Under the pieces are notes generated by a model, which worked only from the letters and a program-made list of their open reading frames with translations, did no database searches and had not been told where the DNA came from. Positions 9,317 through 18,145 of a stretch of DNA of 64,000 nt are shown piece by piece. Both the position numbers and the translations under genes were made by a program. Position 1 is the stretch's first letter; the number at the start of each line of letters is the position of its first letter. This DNA comes from a virus: positions 7,872 to 71,871 of IMG/VR virus record IMGVR_UViG_3300047408_000186. One strand, 5' to 3'.

Positions 9317-9345
9317 TTGACATAGTGCGCCAGTCCTGCTATAGC
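9317..9345 (+). promoter_or_regulatory. Repeated phage promoter/operator, copy 1 (TTGACATAGTGCGCCA)
   Basis: TTGACA-17 bp-TATAGC, followed by GCACACA and an RBS. Confidence 0.8.
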
Positions 9346-9375
9346 CAGGATGCACACATTTAGGAGGACCCCACC

Positions 9376-9768
9376 ATGTGGGTAATGTTGAATGACGCCT
9401 TCCTGTCGATCGTCGCGCATCCCTCGCGACCGAAGCTGCTGCTGGTGCGCGCCCGCCAGCGGGAGGATATCGAGGCGGTGTTCCCTGGCGCAAACATCCG
9501 CGCAACGCCTGACCGGGACTACCAGTTCCGCGCGCTGGTCAAGCGCCGCACCGTCGAGGCCGCGATGGCGGCGGAGGTGCGCCGCATCGACTACACCAAC
9601 TTCAAGAACAGCGTCGTCGATCAGCGTCGCCATGACGCCTACCTCGACGTCTGGACCCGCATGGACCGTTGGGGCCGGAAGACCGACTGGCGACCGCTCG
9701 CCCGCCGCTTCGATGACCACGACGTCCGCAGTCGCGAGGATGATGCCGTCACGGGAGACCTGTCATGA
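9376..9768 (+). CDS. Conserved hypothetical phage protein
   Basis: AGGAGG RBS; LLVRAR..DY..R..IDYTNFK pattern. Confidence 0.8.
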   Translation: MWVMLNDAFLSIVAHPSRPKLLLVRARQREDIEAVFPGANIRATPDRDYQFRALVKRRTVEAAMAAEVRRIDYTNFKNSVVDQRRHDAYLDVWTRMDRWGRKTDWRPLARRFDDHDVRSREDDAVTGDLS

Positions 9769-9956
9769 GCCTGACCACCGATCTCCGCCTGATCGCCTCC
9801 GCCGTCGAGGTGCAGCACGATATGCTGGAACGCCTCGACTTCTGCACCCGCGCCTATCTGAAGGCGAACCGTGGGCGCGACGCGGCGGACAAACGCGCCA
9901 AGCTGCAACAGCTTGAGGCCGTGCTGAACATGGTCACCATGGTGCTGGCACGATGA
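9765..9956 (+). CDS. Hypothetical protein
   Basis: Translationally coupled on both sides. Confidence 0.6.
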   Translation: MSLTTDLRLIASAVEVQHDMLERLDFCTRAYLKANRGRDAADKRAKLQQLEAVLNMVTMVLAR

Positions 9957-11047
9957 CCGACAAGCGCACCCCCACCCTGGCCGATCGCTTCATCGCCTCG
10001 CGCGGCCAGAACGCTAAGTCGTATCTACAACAACCCTACGTCGATGACCTGATTCGCAAGACCCGCGCGGCGCATAAATTCGTGCTCGACGAAGACGCCG
10101 CCACGCAGGTCGCGCATGTCGTCCGCGACATTCCCGATCTGCTGGTGCGCCAGCATGATTTCGCCCGCCCGCCGTTCGATCTGACGTGGATCGAATTTCC
10201 CCACTGGAAATTCTGGCGCGAGGTGGGCAACGACCCGGCGGGTCAGGATGGCACCGCCGATCATACACTCGGCTATCTGATCGACGGCAACGTCGCGACG
10301 GTGATCGCCGGCGGCACCGTCGATCATCCGCATCTGGAACCGATGCCCGGCGTGTTCCAGTATTTTCTGAACAGCGAGTGGCCGCACGGTGCCTACGAGG
10401 AATTCCTGAAGGTAGGCTCCATCGTCAGCGAAACTCTCGACGCCTATCTGTGGGGCACCACCGCCAACCGCCTGTCCCAAGACGATCTGACCAAGCTGCG
10501 CGCGCGCTACTGCGCCGGCTTGGCGCCTATCCTGTATACCGAGAAATCCGAGAAATACCGCCGGCTGCTCAATTACGCCTTCAGCGGCAGTTCCGGCGAA
10601 CTGCGCAACATCGTCGCGCTGCTGCTGATGCTCAATCGCCCGACCGTCACGCGCTATTCCAACGCTCCGGCGGGACGCGGCTGGTATCGTGGCAAGGTGA
10701 CGCCGTTCCTGGCGCACACCTCGGTGACGATCGATTTCAATGCGGTCGAGACGATGCGGGTGATGGGCACGCCGGCGGGCGACGCCGTGCCACGGCGACG
10801 CCATGAGGTGCGCGGGCATTACTGCCAGAACCGCACCGCGCGCAGTTATGCCCGCATGGGCGGCTGCATGCACGACTGGCAGCCCTGCGGCGATGACTGG
10901 ACCCCGATCGACGCGGCGGTCGCTGATGCCGACCGGTGGGTCTGCCGGGCCTGCGAAGGCAAGCGCTGGTGGCGCGCCGAGCACGAGCGCGGCGACGCCT
11001 CGATCGGCTTCCGCAACCACACCGACTATCGGGTGGTCGCCTCATGA
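9953..11047 (+). CDS. Hypothetical protein with C-terminal HxVRGH...HxRGD and Cys motifs
   Basis: 364-aa ORF; PRRRHEVRGHYC...CRAC...WWRAEHERGDASIGF. Confidence 0.8.
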   Translation: MTDKRTPTLADRFIASRGQNAKSYLQQPYVDDLIRKTRAAHKFVLDEDAATQVAHVVRDIPDLLVRQHDFARPPFDLTWIEFPHWKFWREVGNDPAGQDGTADHTLGYLIDGNVATVIAGGTVDHPHLEPMPGVFQYFLNSEWPHGAYEEFLKVGSIVSETLDAYLWGTTANRLSQDDLTKLRARYCAGLAPILYTEKSEKYRRLLNYAFSGSSGELRNIVALLLMLNRPTVTRYSNAPAGRGWYRGKVTPFLAHTSVTIDFNAVETMRVMGTPAGDAVPRRRHEVRGHYCQNRTARSYARMGGCMHDWQPCGDDWTPIDAAVADADRWVCRACEGKRWWRAEHERGDASIGFRNHTDYRVVAS

Positions 11048-11247
11048 GTATCCAGAAGCGGATGCGCGAGATCAGGGCGATGGGCTGGACGGTCAAGGTC
11101 GCTCGCGGTGGGCATCTGGTATGCCGCCACCCCGACGGCGCGGGACCGGTCTACCTCAGCGCCACGCCCTCGACCCGCTACTACGAGCAGATGGTCGCCC
11201 GCATGCTGCGCCGGGCGATCCGACGCGCCGAGCAACAACGTCGTTGA
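11044..11247 (+). CDS. HicA-like (dsRBD-fold) small protein
   Basis: GWTVKVARGGHLVCRHPDG..V..TPS pattern resembles HicA mRNA interferases. Confidence 0.6.
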   Translation: MSIQKRMREIRAMGWTVKVARGGHLVCRHPDGAGPVYLSATPSTRYYEQMVARMLRRAIRRAEQQRR

Positions 11248-11289
11248 CATAGTGCGCCATTGTGTGGCAGGCTGAAGCGGCTGCACACA
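11244..11289 (+). promoter_or_regulatory. Repeated promoter/operator, copy 2, plus GCACACA leader motif
   Basis: Exact TTGACATAGTGCGCCA at 11244-11259; GCACACA at 11283. Confidence 0.75.
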
Positions 11290-11301
11290 TAGGAGACTGA
11301 C

Positions 11302-11586
11302 ATGGGAAGCCTGAACAACCCGCGCCCGGCGCCGGCCCTCGACCTCGACCGGCGCGACCTGCTGAACCTCGCGATGGTCATGAACGAGGCCGCGCGGGCG
11401 GCCTATCTCGACGAGCGGCTGAACGTCGCGGTGACCCATCACCGGCTTGCCGGCCGCCTTTGGGCGTCCGCTGGCTACGACGAGTCAGCGACCTTCCACC
11501 GCGTCGCGGCGGATGAAATCGAACAGGAGATCGCCAAGCTCGCCAGAACCGTCGATGTCGTCGCGAAGCGACAGAGCGTGGCATGA
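11302..11586 (+). CDS. Hypothetical protein
   Basis: AGGAG RBS; first gene after promoter copy 2. Confidence 0.7.
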   Translation: MGSLNNPRPAPALDLDRRDLLNLAMVMNEAARAAYLDERLNVAVTHHRLAGRLWASAGYDESATFHRVAADEIEQEIAKLARTVDVVAKRQSVA

Positions 11587-11795
11587 GCCACGCGCTCGCG
11601 CATCTGAACCCCGACGCGATGGTGGTGGAAGACCTGCCGATCCTGGCGCGCCATCTGCGCCGCCTCGCGCATTACTGCGATGCCCGTGCTCGCGAAATGA
11701 ACCATCGCGCGGCCGGAGAAATCCGTGACGCGCAGCGCGCCGAGACGGATTGTCGAATGCTCTACGAAAAGCTCCCAGCGGAATGGAAATGGTGA
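11583..11795 (+). CDS. Hypothetical protein
   Basis: ATGA overlap. Confidence 0.65.
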   Translation: MSHALAHLNPDAMVVEDLPILARHLRRLAHYCDARAREMNHRAAGEIRDAQRAETDCRMLYEKLPAEWKW

Positions 11796-12028
11796 TGACC
11801 AGATTTAGCAAGCTCGACTTGGATGAAAGCGGCCGGCCGGTAGAAACCGACGTGCGGGAAATTCCCCAGCGCGCCATAATGCTCTGCCCGCATTTCATCC
11901 TGATGGCGGAGCACTACCGCGCCGACGGGACCTGTCGGTGCAACGATGAATCCCACACCGAGATGCGTGAGTGGGGTTACGATTGGCGCGGCGGGTTGTG
12001 GCAATCTCCGCCTGACGACGATCAGTGA
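11789..12028 (+). CDS. Hypothetical Cys/His protein
   Basis: CPH..EHY..CRC motif; coupled to the upstream gene. Confidence 0.6.
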   Translation: MVMTRFSKLDLDESGRPVETDVREIPQRAIMLCPHFILMAEHYRADGTCRCNDESHTEMREWGYDWRGGLWQSPPDDDQ

Positions 12029-12034
12029 GACTGC

Positions 12035-12484
12035 ATGACCCCCGACCGCTATCGCGAGTGCGTGGCCGCGCTTGGATACTCCTTGCGCGGCCTCGCCGGT
12101 GTGCTGACCTGCTCTGACCGGCTGACCAGGGAGTGGGCGACCGGCGCCTCGCCGGTGCCCACCAGCATCGCGGTGTGGCTGGAAGCCTGCGCCGCGCTGC
12201 GCCGCTCGCCGGGCCGGCCCGAGCCGCCGCGTGACGATCGCGGGCGGCGCCGCAAGGCGGTAGCGCCCCGCCTGCCACCGCCGCCGAGGAACTGGCGCAG
12301 CAAGCCGGTGATCTGGATCACCCATCGCGGCTATCAGATGTCACTGTCGCTCGCGTGCCGGGAAGCCGACATCTCCCGCCCGCTGGTCTACCACCGCGCC
12401 AAGCTCTGGAACGGCGACTTTCAGGCCGCCTTTGACGATCTCGTCGCGGAAAAGCGCCGCCGCCGTAAGCTGGAATCCGCTTGA
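12035..12484 (+). CDS. HTH (XRE/Cro-like) DNA-binding protein
   Basis: MTPDRYRECVAALGYSLRGLAGVLTCSDRLTREWATGASPVP..AVWL pattern. Confidence 0.65.
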   Translation: MTPDRYRECVAALGYSLRGLAGVLTCSDRLTREWATGASPVPTSIAVWLEACAALRRSPGRPEPPRDDRGRRRKAVAPRLPPPPRNWRSKPVIWITHRGYQMSLSLACREADISRPLVYHRAKLWNGDFQAAFDDLVAEKRRRRKLESA

Positions 12485-12523
12485 CATAGTGCGCCACTTT
12501 ATGGCATTTCGGGAAGGCACACA
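12481..12523 (+). promoter_or_regulatory. Repeated promoter/operator, copy 3, plus GCACACA motif
   Basis: Exact TTGACATAGTGCGCCA at 12481-12496; GCACACA at 12517. Confidence 0.75.
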
Positions 12524-12540
12524 CTCCTTGGAGTCTTCCC

Positions 12541-12738
12541 ATGACGAAGAAACACTACATCAGCGTCGCCAAAGCCTTCGCGGCCAGCGTCGCGCAATCC
12601 TCTGACCACTTCGACCGCGTCGCGCATTTCACCGCGCTGCGCGAGATCGCCGATCGGCTCTGCGCCGTGTTCGCGCTGGACAACCCGCGCTTCGACCGCG
12701 AGCGCTTCCTGACCGCCTGCCGTCTGGCGGCGGAGTGA
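12541..12738 (+). CDS. Conserved small phage protein (DNPRFDRERF..AC type)
   Basis: Pattern MTKKHY..A...DNPRFD..RF..AC, recurrent in phage early regions. Confidence 0.75.
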   Translation: MTKKHYISVAKAFAASVAQSSDHFDRVAHFTALREIADRLCAVFALDNPRFDRERFLTACRLAAE

Positions 12739-12743
12739 TCCCG

Positions 12744-12908
12744 ATGACCTTCCTGCAATTCTGGGGCGCGCTGAATGTCGCGCTCGCAGTGCGAGACGAG
12801 CCAGAGGCGTTGTTCGCCGAGGCTCGCGCTTGGTTTGGCTGGCGTCCCGTGGTCGCGGTCGATGCCCGGCTGATCAATCACGTCATCAACGACCGGAGGC
12901 CGGCATGA
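12744..12908 (+). CDS. Hypothetical 54-aa protein
   Basis: MTFLQFWGALNVALAVRDEP...; its stop overlaps the next ATG. Confidence 0.5.
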   Translation: MTFLQFWGALNVALAVRDEPEALFAEARAWFGWRPVVAVDARLINHVINDRRPA

Positions 12909-13252
12909 CCGAACGCCCCGAAATGGCGCTCTGGCTATCCGACGCGCGTGGGATTTACATCCCGCGCGACTTCGCTGCCAGCTTCGTCAATCGCGCCGCC
13001 ACCGTTTCTGGCGTGACCGAGGAAGATTGGGCCATCCTCGACGCCGGCCCGGACCACGAATTCTATTGGGACGCGTGGTCGGATGTCTGCGACAACGCGA
13101 CAATCACCATGGAGGGTGTCGAATACAGCATCCATCAGGATGGCGATTGCTGGCTGGTTCCCGACGGCATGGAATGGAGCGACCGCGAGGAAACTTTCGT
13201 CTGGCCGGAAGAAGCCGAGGCCGAGGATGGGGAGAACGACGATGCCGCATGA
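12905..13252 (+). CDS. Highly acidic small protein (possible DNA mimic)
   Basis: 115 aa, about 30 D/E versus 5 R and no K by manual count; GGAGG RBS. Confidence 0.75.
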   Translation: MTERPEMALWLSDARGIYIPRDFAASFVNRAATVSGVTEEDWAILDAGPDHEFYWDAWSDVCDNATITMEGVEYSIHQDGDCWLVPDGMEWSDREETFVWPEEAEAEDGENDDAA

Positions 13253-13826
13253 TTGGCGCAAACAACTTGCCAGCGACGTGGATTTTGCCCGCTCGATCAT
13301 TTTGTCGGTCGGCGAGGTGCAGCCGATGTTCGTGCTGCACAGCCCCAAGCAATCCCATATGGTCGCCGCCCAATGGTCCAGCCGCGAGGAAAAGCGACTG
13401 ACCCGCGCCCTGGTCCGGCTATTGGGCGTTGCCGAGGGTGTCGAGGCGATCAGCTTCATGTCTGAATGCTGGTCGGCTGAATATCGGCAACTGCCCGGCG
13501 AGTCTCAGGCCGCCACGCGGCGTCGCGCCGAGGCCGGCCCACCGGTCTCCGAACGCGAGGGTCGCATCGAAATCCTCATGGTGATGAATGTCTACCGCGA
13601 GAACGACAAGCGCCACTGCCGGGGCGTGGTGATGGAGATCATCCGCGACGCGGACGGCAAGGTGAGCGATCTGGTCGAGCGCACCGATCCGGGCGGCGAG
13701 GAAGGTTTCGAAGGTCCCTTGGCCAATCTCTTGGTCGATCCCGAGCCGACACCGGAAGAACGCCAGCAGGCTCAGGCGATGTTGAGCAGCATGAACGTCC
13801 TGCACAAGCGGAGCACACTCCATTGA
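13242..13826 (+). CDS. Hypothetical protein
   Basis: GGAG RBS; MPHDWRKQLASDVDFARSI... Confidence 0.7.
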   Translation: MPHDWRKQLASDVDFARSIILSVGEVQPMFVLHSPKQSHMVAAQWSSREEKRLTRALVRLLGVAEGVEAISFMSECWSAEYRQLPGESQAATRRRAEAGPPVSEREGRIEILMVMNVYRENDKRHCRGVVMEIIRDADGKVSDLVERTDPGGEEGFEGPLANLLVDPEPTPEERQQAQAMLSSMNVLHKRSTLH

Positions 13827-14101
13827 ACGACGGTATCGCGCGGCTCGCCGCGATCTATGCCCGCCTGCTGTGCGACGAGCGCAGCCTGCGGCAAGCCCGA
13901 CCGACGGTCTATCGCCTGCCGACCGTCCCCGCCCAATCGCCCGCCGCCCAGGCACTGCGGGCAGCCGCGATGCGGCTGTATGATCTCGCGCCGGAGGATG
14001 CCCTGCCGCACCTCGACGCGATCAAGCGCGTCATGGAGATCGACACCGGGGTCACCGACTCCAACACGGTGCTGATGCGCGTCGCGGTGATGCTGCCATG
14101 A
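13823..14101 (+). CDS. Hypothetical protein
   Basis: Coupled TTG start and stop overlaps. Confidence 0.55.
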   Translation: MNDGIARLAAIYARLLCDERSLRQARPTVYRLPTVPAQSPAAQALRAAAMRLYDLAPEDALPHLDAIKRVMEIDTGVTDSNTVLMRVAVMLP

Positions 14102-14433
14102 GCGGCGTTCCCGAATTCGCCAACTCCAATCAGAACATCGAAGACTACATCGAACAACTCGACGACATCGTCGATCATCTGATCGACGCCTGCGACGATG
14201 ATGTCGTCGCCGGGATGGTCGATCGGATCACCGACGTCTTCGACGGCCAGACCTTCGCCGATATCGACATGGCGATGGCGTTCGCCATGACGGAAATGCT
14301 CGATCGCCAAGCGGAATCGCTCACAGGCGGGCAGCCGAAGGATATGTTTGCCGTGATGCTGCGGATAATCTGGCGGATTCAGCAGCGGCGCGCGGAGCAA
14401 GCGGCGGGGGATGGCGACAATGATCCAGCGTAA
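14098..14433 (+). CDS. Acidic hypothetical protein
   Basis: ATGA overlap; D/E-rich N-terminal half. Confidence 0.65.
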   Translation: MSGVPEFANSNQNIEDYIEQLDDIVDHLIDACDDDVVAGMVDRITDVFDGQTFADIDMAMAFAMTEMLDRQAESLTGGQPKDMFAVMLRIIWRIQQRRAEQAAGDGDNDPA

Positions 14434-14869
14434 GCTGAAGCCGCCGCCGCGCGGCGCGTTCGATTGGATGCTCGGCAACATCCTCGACGAAGTGCCGCAT
14501 GCGCCGGCGCCGCCACCGCCGCCACGCGACCCCGAGATACGGCGCGTCGTGGTGAACATCGAGATCACGCCGCAGCGTCGCAAACCGAAGCCGAAGCCGC
14601 GCGCCGATCGCTGGCTGTTCGCCACGATGATCTGGCTGATCGTGCTGGCGATGTTCGCCTTCGCGCATGCCCAGCCGGTCGAGTGGCAGAACTACCGCCA
14701 GGGCTTCATGACCCACATGCACGGCAATGACGCCGACGGCCGGACGTGGACCGGGCAGAGCTATCGCCAGGGCTTCATGACCTACACCGACGTGCAGGGT
14801 CCTGGCGGGCAGTCGCAGCACTGCCGGTCCTGGCAGCAGGACTGGCGCAGCTTCACGCAATGCGACTGA
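14411..14869 (+). CDS. Membrane-anchored or secreted protein with duplicated Q(N/S)YRQGFMT motif
   Basis: TM/signal segment ending AHA, then two YRQGFMT repeats. Confidence 0.6.
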   Translation: MATMIQRKLKPPPRGAFDWMLGNILDEVPHAPAPPPPPRDPEIRRVVVNIEITPQRRKPKPKPRADRWLFATMIWLIVLAMFAFAHAQPVEWQNYRQGFMTHMHGNDADGRTWTGQSYRQGFMTYTDVQGPGGQSQHCRSWQQDWRSFTQCD

Positions 14870-15403
14870 TCAGCGCCGCCGGTCTGCCGGCGACCCCGGA
14901 CGCGGCGGGATGATGTAGAGCGGCACTGCCAGCGACGGCAGCGGTGGCAGGGTGTTCAGCCCAGCCGGCTTCGGCGCCTCGACCTTGGGCACCGGGACCG
15001 GCTTTCCCTTGCGGGGCTTCTCGGGCGCCTTGATGTGCAGTGCGCGCAGCCGCTTGGTCACGACATGCACGCAGCGCCCGAGCCGGATGCTGATCGCCTC
15101 GATCGGCATCCCCTGCACGCCGCGTAGCTCGCGCAGCACTTCGTCCTGCACCTCGGTCCACACCGTCGCGGGCTGGCCGAAGCCGCCCTTGCCCTTCGCC
15201 TTGCTGGCCGGCGCTGGTGGCGGCTCTGGTGGCGCTGGCGGCGGCGCGGGCGGTGGCTCGGTCGGCGGCAGCCCTGGCAGGTCTGGCCCTTCCAGCGGGT
15301 CCGGCGGCGGCGTGGGCGCTGGTGGCTCCGGCGCCTCGATCGGCACCACACCGGGCGCCAGTGGCTCTGGCGCGGGCGCCTCGGGGTTCTCCGGCCGGTC
15401 CAT
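14870..15403 (-). CDS. Pro-rich protein with GcrA/Myb-like HTH
   Basis: WTEVQDEVLREL..QGMPIEAISIRLGR....VTKRLRAL. Confidence 0.6.
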   Translation of the reverse strand: MDRPENPEAPAPEPLAPGVVPIEAPEPPAPTPPPDPLEGPDLPGLPPTEPPPAPPPAPPEPPPAPASKAKGKGGFGQPATVWTEVQDEVLRELRGVQGMPIEAISIRLGRCVHVVTKRLRALHIKAPEKPRKGKPVPVPKVEAPKPAGLNTLPPLPSLAVPLYIIPPRPGSPADRRR

Positions 15404-15663
15404 CAGACTGCCGCCACCTTGGAATTCTCCGCCTCTCTCAGCTTGTCCGTCAGCGCTTCGTTCAACGCGACCATACTTTCGATCGGGTCGAGTCCGTCGG
15501 TGGCCAAGTATATTCCTGCCAGGGCGCGCTGGATACGCTTGGCCTTGGCTTGAGCGGCACGCCGCTCGCGCGCTGCCGTGATGTCATCGGCAGACCTTTC
15601 GTCCTGGCGTAGCTCGCGCGCCAACCGGCGCTCGCTGCTCGGCGAGAGAAACGACTCGGGCAT
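15403..15663 (-). CDS. Hypothetical protein
   Basis: GGAG RBS; coupled to the downstream gene. Confidence 0.6.
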   Translation of the reverse strand: MPESFLSPSSERRLARELRQDERSADDITAARERRAAQAKAKRIQRALAGIYLATDGLDPIESMVALNEALTDKLREAENSKVAAV

Positions 15664-15799
15664 GTCTGGGGTTCTCCGGACGCTTTTCGCGTGAGGATGA
15701 CGGAATCCCTACGGCGGTTAGATTCATCGCGTCAAGTGGATCGAACCATTCCGGGCGAAAAATCGCTGGTTATTTCTGGCCGCATGGCCACGAATTCCA

Positions 15800-15870
15800 T
15801 TGACATGGTGCGCCAATCCGCCGATAACCCGGAGGCGGCGTCATCCGACACCGCTGCACATTCTCAGGAG
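15800..15870 (+). promoter_or_regulatory. Repeated promoter/operator, copy 4 (TTGACATGGTGCGCCA), with hairpin and GCACATTCTCAGGAG leader
   Basis: One mismatch to consensus; 17-bp spacing to GATAAC. Confidence 0.7.
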
Positions 15871-15876
15871 TCTACC

Positions 15877-16878
15877 ATGCCTTTTGACACCACCACGCTC
15901 GACGGCGATTTCGTCCCGATGAATCATCGGGAAGTTCAGCCGATCGCCGCCACCGTCCGCCGCGTCTTCGACGAAGACGGGCGCGAGATCGAAGGCTTCC
16001 ACCACATCATGAACGGCCAGACCGGCGCCACCATCCGCGTCGCGCCGGATACCTACACGATGGTGCAGAACGAAGTCGCCGTGGATACCATCGAGAGCGC
16101 GCTGAAGCAGTCGCGGCTCGACCTGACCGACGCGCGCTTCGGCGTCGATTACTCCCATGATGGCGCGCGGATGTTCGCGCAGTGGATTCTGCCGGCGCAC
16201 ACCGCGCTGGTGAAGCCGGGCGTCGAGGCGACGCTGCGGCTGGTGCTGCTGAATTCCTACGACGGCACCTCGGCGCTGGTCGCCCGCACCGGCGCCTACA
16301 ACTGGGTCTGCGCGAACACCTCGGTGTCCGGCAAGGAATTCGCCAGCTTCCGCTTCACCCACTCGGGCGAGATCGACCTGTCGCCGGCGGTCGCCAAGCT
16401 GACGCGCGCGGCCGAGGAACACGTCGAGCAGGTCCACCGTTGGGAGCAGTGGCCGCATATCCCGGTGACCGACCAGAGCATGCGCGCGGTGATGGCGTCG
16501 ATCCCCAAGGCCAGCGAGTCGCAGATCGACGCGCTGATCCACGCCTATCTGAAGGCGCGGGACGAGGATGAGTTCCAGGGCGGCGCCAATCTCTGGTGCC
16601 TGTTCAACGTGCTGACCGCTTGGGCGTCGGAGAAGGACGTCTCGGCGCGCAGCGCCAACCGCGCTTACCGCAACTGGGGCCGCCAGAAGGACGTCGGCAG
16701 CGTGGTCGAAAGCAAGCTCTGGCAGGAACTGGCCGCGCAGCCGGTGCGGCGTCTGGTGCACGTCGCCGCGCCGCCGCTGGTGATGCCGGCCGCGCCGGTG
16801 GTCGAGGCTGAGATCGCCGCGCCGGCTCAGGCCGAGATCGCCGCGCCGCTGCCAGCGGGCGTCACCATGATCGGCTAA
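15877..16878 (+). CDS. DUF932/DUF945-like protein
   Basis: YTMVQN, GARMF, LLNSYDGTSAL..GAYNWVCAN..F.H, NLWCLFNVLT motifs; AGGAG RBS before ATG 15877. Confidence 0.8.
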   Translation: MPFDTTTLDGDFVPMNHREVQPIAATVRRVFDEDGREIEGFHHIMNGQTGATIRVAPDTYTMVQNEVAVDTIESALKQSRLDLTDARFGVDYSHDGARMFAQWILPAHTALVKPGVEATLRLVLLNSYDGTSALVARTGAYNWVCANTSVSGKEFASFRFTHSGEIDLSPAVAKLTRAAEEHVEQVHRWEQWPHIPVTDQSMRAVMASIPKASESQIDALIHAYLKARDEDEFQGGANLWCLFNVLTAWASEKDVSARSANRAYRNWGRQKDVGSVVESKLWQELAAQPVRRLVHVAAPPLVMPAAPVVEAEIAAPAQAEIAAPLPAGVTMIG

Positions 16879-16904
16879 AGGTTAACTGTGCTCGCTGAAC
16901 GTCG

Positions 16905-17000
16905 GGTCCCGCAACGGTTGCAGCCGTTGCGGGACCGCTTGCTCAATTACCGGAACCGGTAGCTTCGGAACGGGCGGCCCTCGGTCGCCCGTTCTGTGTT
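16905..17000 (+). terminator. Tandem stem-loops at the convergence of the early and replication units
   Basis: GGTCCCGCAACGG/CCGTTGCGGGACC and GAACGGGCGGCC/GGTCGCCCGTTC followed by TGTGTT. Confidence 0.65.
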
Positions 17001-17081
17001 CGTGCTGCAAAACCTGACATCTTGTCCGTCATTCTGTCCGCCGATTCGATCGATTCGACCTGTCAGTTTTGACAGGCACGT

Positions 17082-17342
17082 TCAGTGAACGGACCCCGCT
17101 TTCGGCGGCACTTCGATCACCCGGTCGTTCTCGGCGTCGATCGCCATGCAGCGACCGACGGCAGCATCGAGCTTCGCTTTGGCGCGCTGGTGGATCAGCA
17201 TGCCGTAGTCACGGTCGAACATGATGTCGGCGTCGTCGATGCCGATCGCCCTGGCGGTAAGATACTGCTGATGCAGCACCGCGATCTCGTGGTTGATAAA
17301 ACCCTCGCCCCTGAGCTTCCTTCGCAGTTCCTTGTATTTCAT
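17082..17342 (-). CDS. Hypothetical protein
   Basis: ATGA overlap with the upstream gene. Confidence 0.6.
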   Translation of the reverse strand: MKYKELRRKLRGEGFINHEIAVLHQQYLTARAIGIDDADIMFDRDYGMLIHQRAKAKLDAAVGRCMAIDAENDRVIEVPPKAGSVH

Positions 17343-17884
17343 GGCGGCAGCCTTTTTCCCCTGGCGATCTCGTCGCGTATCTCGCTGGCGAAATGCTGCG
17401 CCAGAACGTCGAGGATCGCCAGCAGCTTGCCCTTCTCGACGGGCTGCGATGCCGGCTGGCCCGGCAGCGATCGGGTCCACGCGCGCAGCGTCATGTTGCC
17501 CAGCACGATGGCTTCGATCATGCGCAACTGCTGGCGCGAGAACAGCGCGATAACCCGCCGCACCGCGCGCGCTGCCCGCACTTGAGAAACCGCCGCCGCG
17601 CCGCCGCCATGACGCGGCTGCGGTTGTTGCTCGACGTAGATCAGCGGTCGCGCGGCGGAATATCCCATGGTCGCCAGATCGACCTGTTCGCGCAGCTTGT
17701 CGGCTGCCGCGATGTGCGCGTGGGTCACCCCGGAGGTGGCGAACGCCAGCATCCGGCGCAGCGGGTCATAGCTGCGCCAGCCGTGGATTTCGCGCGGCGT
17801 GCGCCGGGCGCCCGGCGTGATGTCGTCAGGGTCTCGCCATGTCGCGCGCATCGCATGCGGTGGTGGCGCCTCGGTGCCCGCCAC
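17339..17884 (-). CDS. DUF6456-like putative late transcription regulator
   Basis: DPLRRM..HIAAADKLR..LDVLAQHF pattern typical of alphaproteobacterial phage regulators at the end of the replication module. Confidence 0.6.
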   Translation of the reverse strand: MAGTEAPPPHAMRATWRDPDDITPGARRTPREIHGWRSYDPLRRMLAFATSGVTHAHIAAADKLREQVDLATMGYSAARPLIYVEQQPQPRHGGGAAAVSQVRAARAVRRVIALFSRQQLRMIEAIVLGNMTLRAWTRSLPGQPASQPVEKGKLLAILDVLAQHFASEIRDEIARGKRLPP

Positions 17885-18145
17885 AGCGCCCGCCAGACGC
17901 TGCCGGGCGAGGCGTGGCGCCCTCAGTCGCCCCTCCGGTCCAGGCGCGGTGTGGCGCGTCCTGGCGGCTGCGGTGGGTCATCTCGATCGGGATCGGTCAT
18001 CGCCGCCCCAACATGGTTGCGGGCGGGTGTAACCCCGCCCGCTGCACACACTCAGGGAATCTGTCCGTTAAAGGAAAGCGCCTGACTGTGTCTTCAGCAT
18101 ATCAGGCGCCGAGCCATGCGCGCAACGCCTGATTGCTGACGCGGA

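Noticed and set aside
15691-15876. N-terminal extension of the DUF932-like ORF
   Set aside because: The region holds promoter copy 4 and an RBS; the true start is probably 15877.
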